Shown piece after piece: positions 58,252-64,000 of a stretch of DNA of 64,000 bases. A program made the translations under genes and the position numbers. The notes beneath the pieces were generated by a model, which saw only the letters and a list, made by a program, of their open reading frames with translations, did no database searches and was not told where the DNA came from. The stretch lies in NCBI RefSeq assembly GCF_964194025.1, contig NC_134478.1, positions 20,336,001 to 20,400,000 on the forward strand. The letters are read 5' to 3'. The stretch is from Convolutriloba macropyga. Lineage: Eukaryota. Position 1 is the stretch's first letter. The number at the start of each line of letters is the position of its first letter.

Positions 58252-61200
58252 TCACTCGTCTGCCTCCACTGGTTCTGGTTCCGGTTCCATGTCTTCGCTT
58301 TCACTCTACAAACAAATAAACAACTAGAATATTAAAAGAAATTGTAAACAAACTCAATACGCAAAGTAGGGTGGAATTGAAAACCAAACTGACGCAGGGA
58401 TATTAAAAAGTTCATGGCGTGTCTGTGGTCAACAGTTCCTTTCACTTAATTCCAAAAGTACAATTCCTATCCGATATACTAACTATATAGCTGGTGATAA
58501 GTACTACGTTAGCAAATCCAATTTGTTGTGTGCATTCTTAGAAAAGACGATATACAGCAATACCTGGATTCATTACAATGTTATCTTGTGGTTTTTGATG
58601 ATTCTATTCTGCAATTTTATGATCAAATTTTGCAATCTTTTTAATGATTTATAAACCAAACAGCATGGTCTGTTCAATAAACCTGGTTAAGATCGAGAAG
58701 AAATCAAGTTATTTGATTTACAACATGCAATTACAGAAGTAGAGAATTGACTGAGAGTAAGACTTACGGTTTGTTTTTTGGGTAGGTCGATTTTCTTGGC
58801 GGGTTTCTGTTTGTTCTTTTCCTCCACTATGTTCATGTACTTGTCAACCATTCCCTTCACACCCAGGAACGACTTCTCGTTCTAAACCAGACACAAACTC
58901 AATCCACACACATTTTCATAAGAGTATAAATGATCCGCTCTGATAGTTCAGGTGAAATTGAGCCCCTCGCCACTTAGCCGCAATTCCGAAATTCTTTGCT
59001 TTTAAAGAAAAGAAAATGCAGTACAATTTCTCAGGCTACCCTCTCATTGGGTGAGTTGCTTTTGAGTCAAAATCAGTTAAATCATGCCCTGACTGAGTGG
59101 GCTAACATTGTATAACAAAAATGAAAGCTGCTATTTTTTTAATGAATTATATAATCAATTCGAATCCCTGTTAAATGATATGAGGCGATAAAATCAATAC
59201 CCACAATTATCACACTTCAAAATTTCTTCTTCAAAATGCTATGTTCAAAATTCTTCCTTTGGTTCTACAAATAAACTTATTTCTCTTTAATAATCAGCTG
59301 AGCAGATTGTCGGCTCAGTTTCACCTGACCCGAGGACTGAGTTTTTAACTCTCAAGTTAGTTAATTCGTGCAATGATGAAACACTTGCCACTAGCAATTC
59401 ATAATTCCAAATTATGTCCGAATCCAAAACTAATAAATTCAAACGGCTCAAAATGAATCTTTTTTAATGATTGCACCCACCCTTCTCATCTCTACAACTT
59501 GGTAAGATTCTTCTCTTTTTTTCCAAAAAAAAAGGATGCATTCAGTTCTTTTTTCAAAAAAATAGAAGTCAGTAGAACATCGAAATTGCGCTTTTTTCTT
59601 TAACATTTTTCGATTTTTCAAGACAGGCGTCCGGATCGTGCATCCTGCAAGATAGGCGTCATTTGCAAGAATAAGCGTCATTTGCAAGATCTTGCAAGAT
59701 AAGCGTCGGAGGTCGTCTAGGGAAGGTTGCTTTGAAAAGATTGGAAGTAAAAACATTGGAAAGTTTTTTTTTTAATATTTGGTCATTTAGAAGATTCGGA
59801 TGAATAATCACATCAAATGGGCCTCAATTAAACCGTTATTAACTTTGAAGTTAAAGGTGGGAAGGGTGGGGCAAATCAGATTAAGATGTCTACTGTTAAC
59901 CAAATTAAACTAAGGATCAAATCATAAAACATTAGAGTAAATAGTGACTATATGTAGTATGTATTGTATATCTAATGTAGTATGTTTTGTAAGTGCACAA
60001 CATAAGTAGTTCACCCCAGCTGATACCTCGTCTTGCTGCATTCTGAAAACAACAACAAACAACCTATCAAAACAACAACAAACACACACCTCACTATTTC
60101 CTCTTTGACCTATGGAGCAAGTATTTCACACCATCTGTTCCAACTACCCAATAACAAAACTTACGGTTTTCTTCACAAGAACAAATGAGTCTATCCCCAC
60201 ACAGCACTCCCGTGAAATTAACCCCCCTTCATCGTGGTGTATTAAGGTTAATGAGGGTAGATATCTAAGGGTATCTCTACCCCTTAATATGGGGGATGTG
60301 ATAAAGAAAACCCGAATAAAGAATTATTTGCGCATTCTAGGGTGTTAAAAAAGTTCTGCGGGGTCATATTCAAGCATCAGGCGGGGTACATGGAACAGAT
60401 CCGATTCAAAATATAAGCATAAAAACAATCGGGTTACGAAAGCAGTTTTTCATTTAACTCGATCCGGATGATGTGAAAAGCTTTGTATTTGAAAAGTGAA
60501 GAAATTATGAGCTTTATATAGCTATAATTCTTTGAATTAAATAATCAATTTGCGAAAAGCGTTCAGAAAGCAAGCTTTTGCTTATTATGTCGATTTGCTA
60601 AAAGCAAGTAAGCATTGCTGACTCGAATTGTTTCTTTTTTGTCTGAATTTCAAACTTGCAAGTGTCATCTAACAACTACTCTTTTGAACTGTCTGTTACT
60701 CAGACAATAAGACCCGTTTAAGATTTCGATGATTAAATTGAAGGCAATAGCGTGACGTCATCTTCGGATAGTTACTTGATTGGCGGCTCCGAATCTCTTT
60801 TCACTAGAAATATCATAACTGAGAAAACCTTCAGAGATCTAAGAACCAGACACGTTGCTGACCATTGACATTTAAATTACAATTTAAAGAGTAAAAGATA
60901 ATGCTTTTTTTTCTATCGAGCAAAATATTTACTTTGATAATATCACAATTTTCAATATTTTTGGGGTAAAGAGCAACAATAACCACTTGGGATTTGACAG
61001 AATTTCCATAACTTCATGAAGAGGAATTCAGAAGTGGAATAGGTGGATTACCTTCGTGATCCACCCAGGTGGATTGTCTTCCTTCGTCGCCTGGTGATTT
61101 CGTTGATACGGACTAGCAACTCACGGATCTGTCACAAAAACAGTACAAAGGTTATAAACAGATAAATTTGTCTCAAAGTACGAAAAAACAACTGTTTAGG

Positions 61201-63802
61201 GTGTCGAGTTAGAGCAATGTTTGGAGAAACTGTTGTCAATAGAAACAATATAGTAGGACTTTAGAAACAATTTAAGTACTTTAAAAAAATACTTTTTAGC
61301 TATAATGCGAACCAAATATCGAATTAAAATTTTCTAAAATGTGGTATTAAATTTACAGATTTTTTTTGGTTTTAGAACAAACATTTTACCGGAGAACATG
61401 TATATACTTAAGCGTCTGGTTGCATGTTATGAATTTAATGTTTGGAATCCCAAAAGAGGGTAAAAAAAACATTCCGTTTTTCGATCAAATTATCTTATTT
61501 TTTGTTATGGAAATACAGGTAGTGTCCATAAGTAATAACGAAATTCGGGTGAGGGGTCTAAGAAGATGAGGAGTTACTACTAAACATACGTCGTAATCCT
61601 GTTTCTTGAATGTCATTTCGATGTCATACTTCTCTCCCTCCAGAGACATCCATTTAGCTCTCAACTCAGTCGCTTTGTCAACCAAGTCACCCTCCCCTGC
61701 AATGATTTACACGTCAATTCATAGAAACATTATAAAACAAGATACAACGAACAAATATTATTAGTTGTGGCATAATAAGTTATCAGATATACAATCAGGC
61801 ACTGACTTTATTCTCTTAATGTTAACATGAGAGCCGATGAAAGAACAAGAAAGCCACCATAATTCTGTGCATGGCGAAGAACGTTACCTCATTCGCATTT
61901 GACTGCATTAAATGAATAAAACTCTTATTTTCTGCCTTTAAATTTAAAATTAGCTTTTTATTAAGTTCAAGAGAGAAAGAGTTGATGTCTAACTCATTCG
62001 GTCGAATCTCTCGTCGTAATCCTGGCATCGGCGCCTCACTGCATCTTCCCTCTTGGCCGCTTTCTCCTCCTCTGTTTGGGCCTTCTTTGCAGCCGCGATC
62101 TCCAAGTTTTGCTTAAAAAGAAATACACATATCCAAGCTGTTAAAAACAAAACAAACTCTATGATTGGGTGACGAAAATAGAAAAAAATCAATATCATGT
62201 TTGCAAAAAATTTCGTTCACTAGTTTTTGATTGATAAATTTGGCACTTGTTAAAAACTATAAATCCGTTATTTGTATCAAATTTGGTTACAATAATTCTC
62301 AGTTTCTATAAGTTTACAAATTCCGCTCAGGTTGGCGTTTGCGAGACATCACAATTTCAATTTTCGATTTTTTGAAACTGTAATAAGTTAATAACAGTGT
62401 GTGCAAGTTACAAAGACGGTCAGCTATGATTGTCTCGGGTGACAATTGAATTGTTGTTGTTTACAAGGCTATATTTATTGCGTACAAAAACAGTGACTGA
62501 CTACATTACTGAGTTGTTTGTGGTGGTTGGTGTGGTTCTACTAATCAGGACTACTAACAACAGATACGACTCTTGATTCTCACATTCAAATTGTAGCAAA
62601 GTCAACGGGAACTACTCAAAAGCATTAGCAACAAAGGTAATATTTTTGTTGATTCAATCGATTGTTGTACTTGCTACAGCTATGATCAAGATATCCCGTA
62701 AATTGATGCAATCGCTGAACCAATTCAGATTTTTCAAACAAGCAAATTTTTTATTTATCTTTTATTCTGATGGTCTCTGTATTCCAAGAATCATCTTTGC
62801 TTATGTTTTCCGAACAGATTATGATTTATGTTATCAAGAGTCGTATTTGTGGTAGTGCTAAAATTGGACTATAGGTTGCACTGTAACATACCTGCAGTTC
62901 AGACAAATGCTAGTAATAACCATTTTTGAGTAATAAGAGCCAAATGAAGTGAATTTTTATTCATTCACTGATTTCTCTCACATTCAAACCTTAGGCACGG
63001 CATCCCATACACTTACCTTCTGACGTCACGCAAAATAAACAAGATCATTTCAACTATATGCCACGTGACTGTAATGAAGTCAATGAGAACTTCTGGACTA
63101 CTCGAGAACCAGCTAACCAATCCAGATTTTAACCAGAACTTCACAGTGACTTTGACAGCGTCACGCAATTGCTTAGAGACACGCTGTGCAATAAAATCAG
63201 GACTTTCGTTATATCAAAACTTGCACTTGCGTGTTTTAACTACAATTATTACCCATCAGTATTTCCATTATGTGCCACAAAAATTCAGTCAATTGCCAAA
63301 CTTCGTTATAGACTGCCATAACCACTTGAAAATTTGAGACTGTCAAATGGAATACAACAGCAAAATTGTAGCATAATATGTCAAGAAGTGATGAATTTTG
63401 TTTTAAACTTGGTTTTACAAGCAAAGTAGGGAGGTGTTTTTTCACACACGGTGGGATAAGACAATCTTAATTGTCACAATACCATCCGTTTAATATCTTT
63501 GTAATAGCATATATAAACTGTAACAGCTAATCCTTCCTCATATTAGGCTATGCAAACCATTTTCAGTTCACAAACGCGCGTTAGTTGGTCTCTGCATTAT
63601 AATGGAAACAAAAATTTCATAATTTATCGATTGGGGAAAAAGGAAGTAGATCCGAACGTAGAATGAAAATGTGAGAATATTTTGAGTGGGTTACCTTGAC
63701 GATGTCGAGGGGATTGACTCCTGTGGAGACAGCATTCTTCTGTTTGTCAGCCTGTGCCTCTTGCAACTGCTTCAGTTTCTCCTCTCTCTCACGTTTCCTC
63801 GC
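58252..63802 (-). CDS. TnT: Troponin T-like gene, 3' portion; coding exons 63802-63695, 62111-61994, 61696-61590, 61128-61052, 60042-60027 (or 60015), 58881-58768, 58305-58252; 5' exons lie beyond the window
   Basis: All introns are GT-AG with consistent phases (0,1,0,2,0,0). Spliced protein: ARKREREEKLKQLQEAQADKQKNAVSTGVNPLDIVK|QNLEIAAAKKAQTEEEKAAKREDAVRRRCQDYDERFDRMR|EGDLVDKATELRAKWMSLEGEKYDIEMTFKKQDYD|IRELLVRINEITRRRRKTIHLGGSRR|MQQDE|NEKSFLGVKGMVDKYMNIVEEKNKQKPAKKIDLPKKQT|SESEDMEPEPEPVEADE*. KA.EL...LE.EKYD.....K.QDYD..EL..R is the invertebrate TnT IT-arm signature, and the C-terminal tail is acidic. Confidence 0.88.
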
Positions 63803-64000
63803 CTACACCACAACATACAAACATTTTAAACACTCAAGGTCAGTTTATACCCACAGTATCTACACTATCGAGGTTCATATTTCTTTGAAAGTTCAAATTT
63901 TGATTTTCTCTGTCAGTCAAAAAGAGATTGCCTTGATATGAGACATAAATCTGTATAATGCTCATTTCAAGGGGAAAGTTTTCACAATAATTGTCATAAA

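Noticed and set aside
58252-63802. Troponin I assignment
   Set aside because: It lacks the TnI inhibitory motif (DLRGKF..P.L..V). KATEL/LE.EKYD/KQDYD and the acidic tail fit troponin T better.

Overview
AT-rich eukaryotic (invertebrate animal) nuclear DNA dominated by transposable-element debris, with one clear host gene. From left to right: (1) a 514-bp chimeric tandem array and a deleted Ty1/Copia element (1-7.3 kb); (2) a head-to-tail array of old, decayed Ty3/Gypsy copies on the minus strand, containing a 200-N gap (11.2-22.1 kb); (3) a structurally complete 7.07-kb Gypsy element with both LTRs, a tRNA-Ser PBS, a PPT and an AAATA target-site duplication (23379-30448); (4) a gag-pol-less, errantivirus-like LTR element carrying a decayed env-like membrane glycoprotein and a fold-back inversion at its PBS (30.7-33.6 kb); (5) two TIR non-autonomous DNA elements filled with repeats; (6) a possible B-box/coiled-coil exon and a beta-strand-rich exon; (7) a 986-bp LINE-derived triplication; (8) two deleted BEL/Pao elements and a LINE remnant; (9) the 3' part of a spliced troponin T-like gene on the minus strand (58252-63802), with candidate 3-, 6-, 16/28- and 18-nt microexons. 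No prokaryotic systems (CRISPR, operons) are supported. All alignments, counts and translations were done by eye and boundaries are approximate unless motif-anchored.
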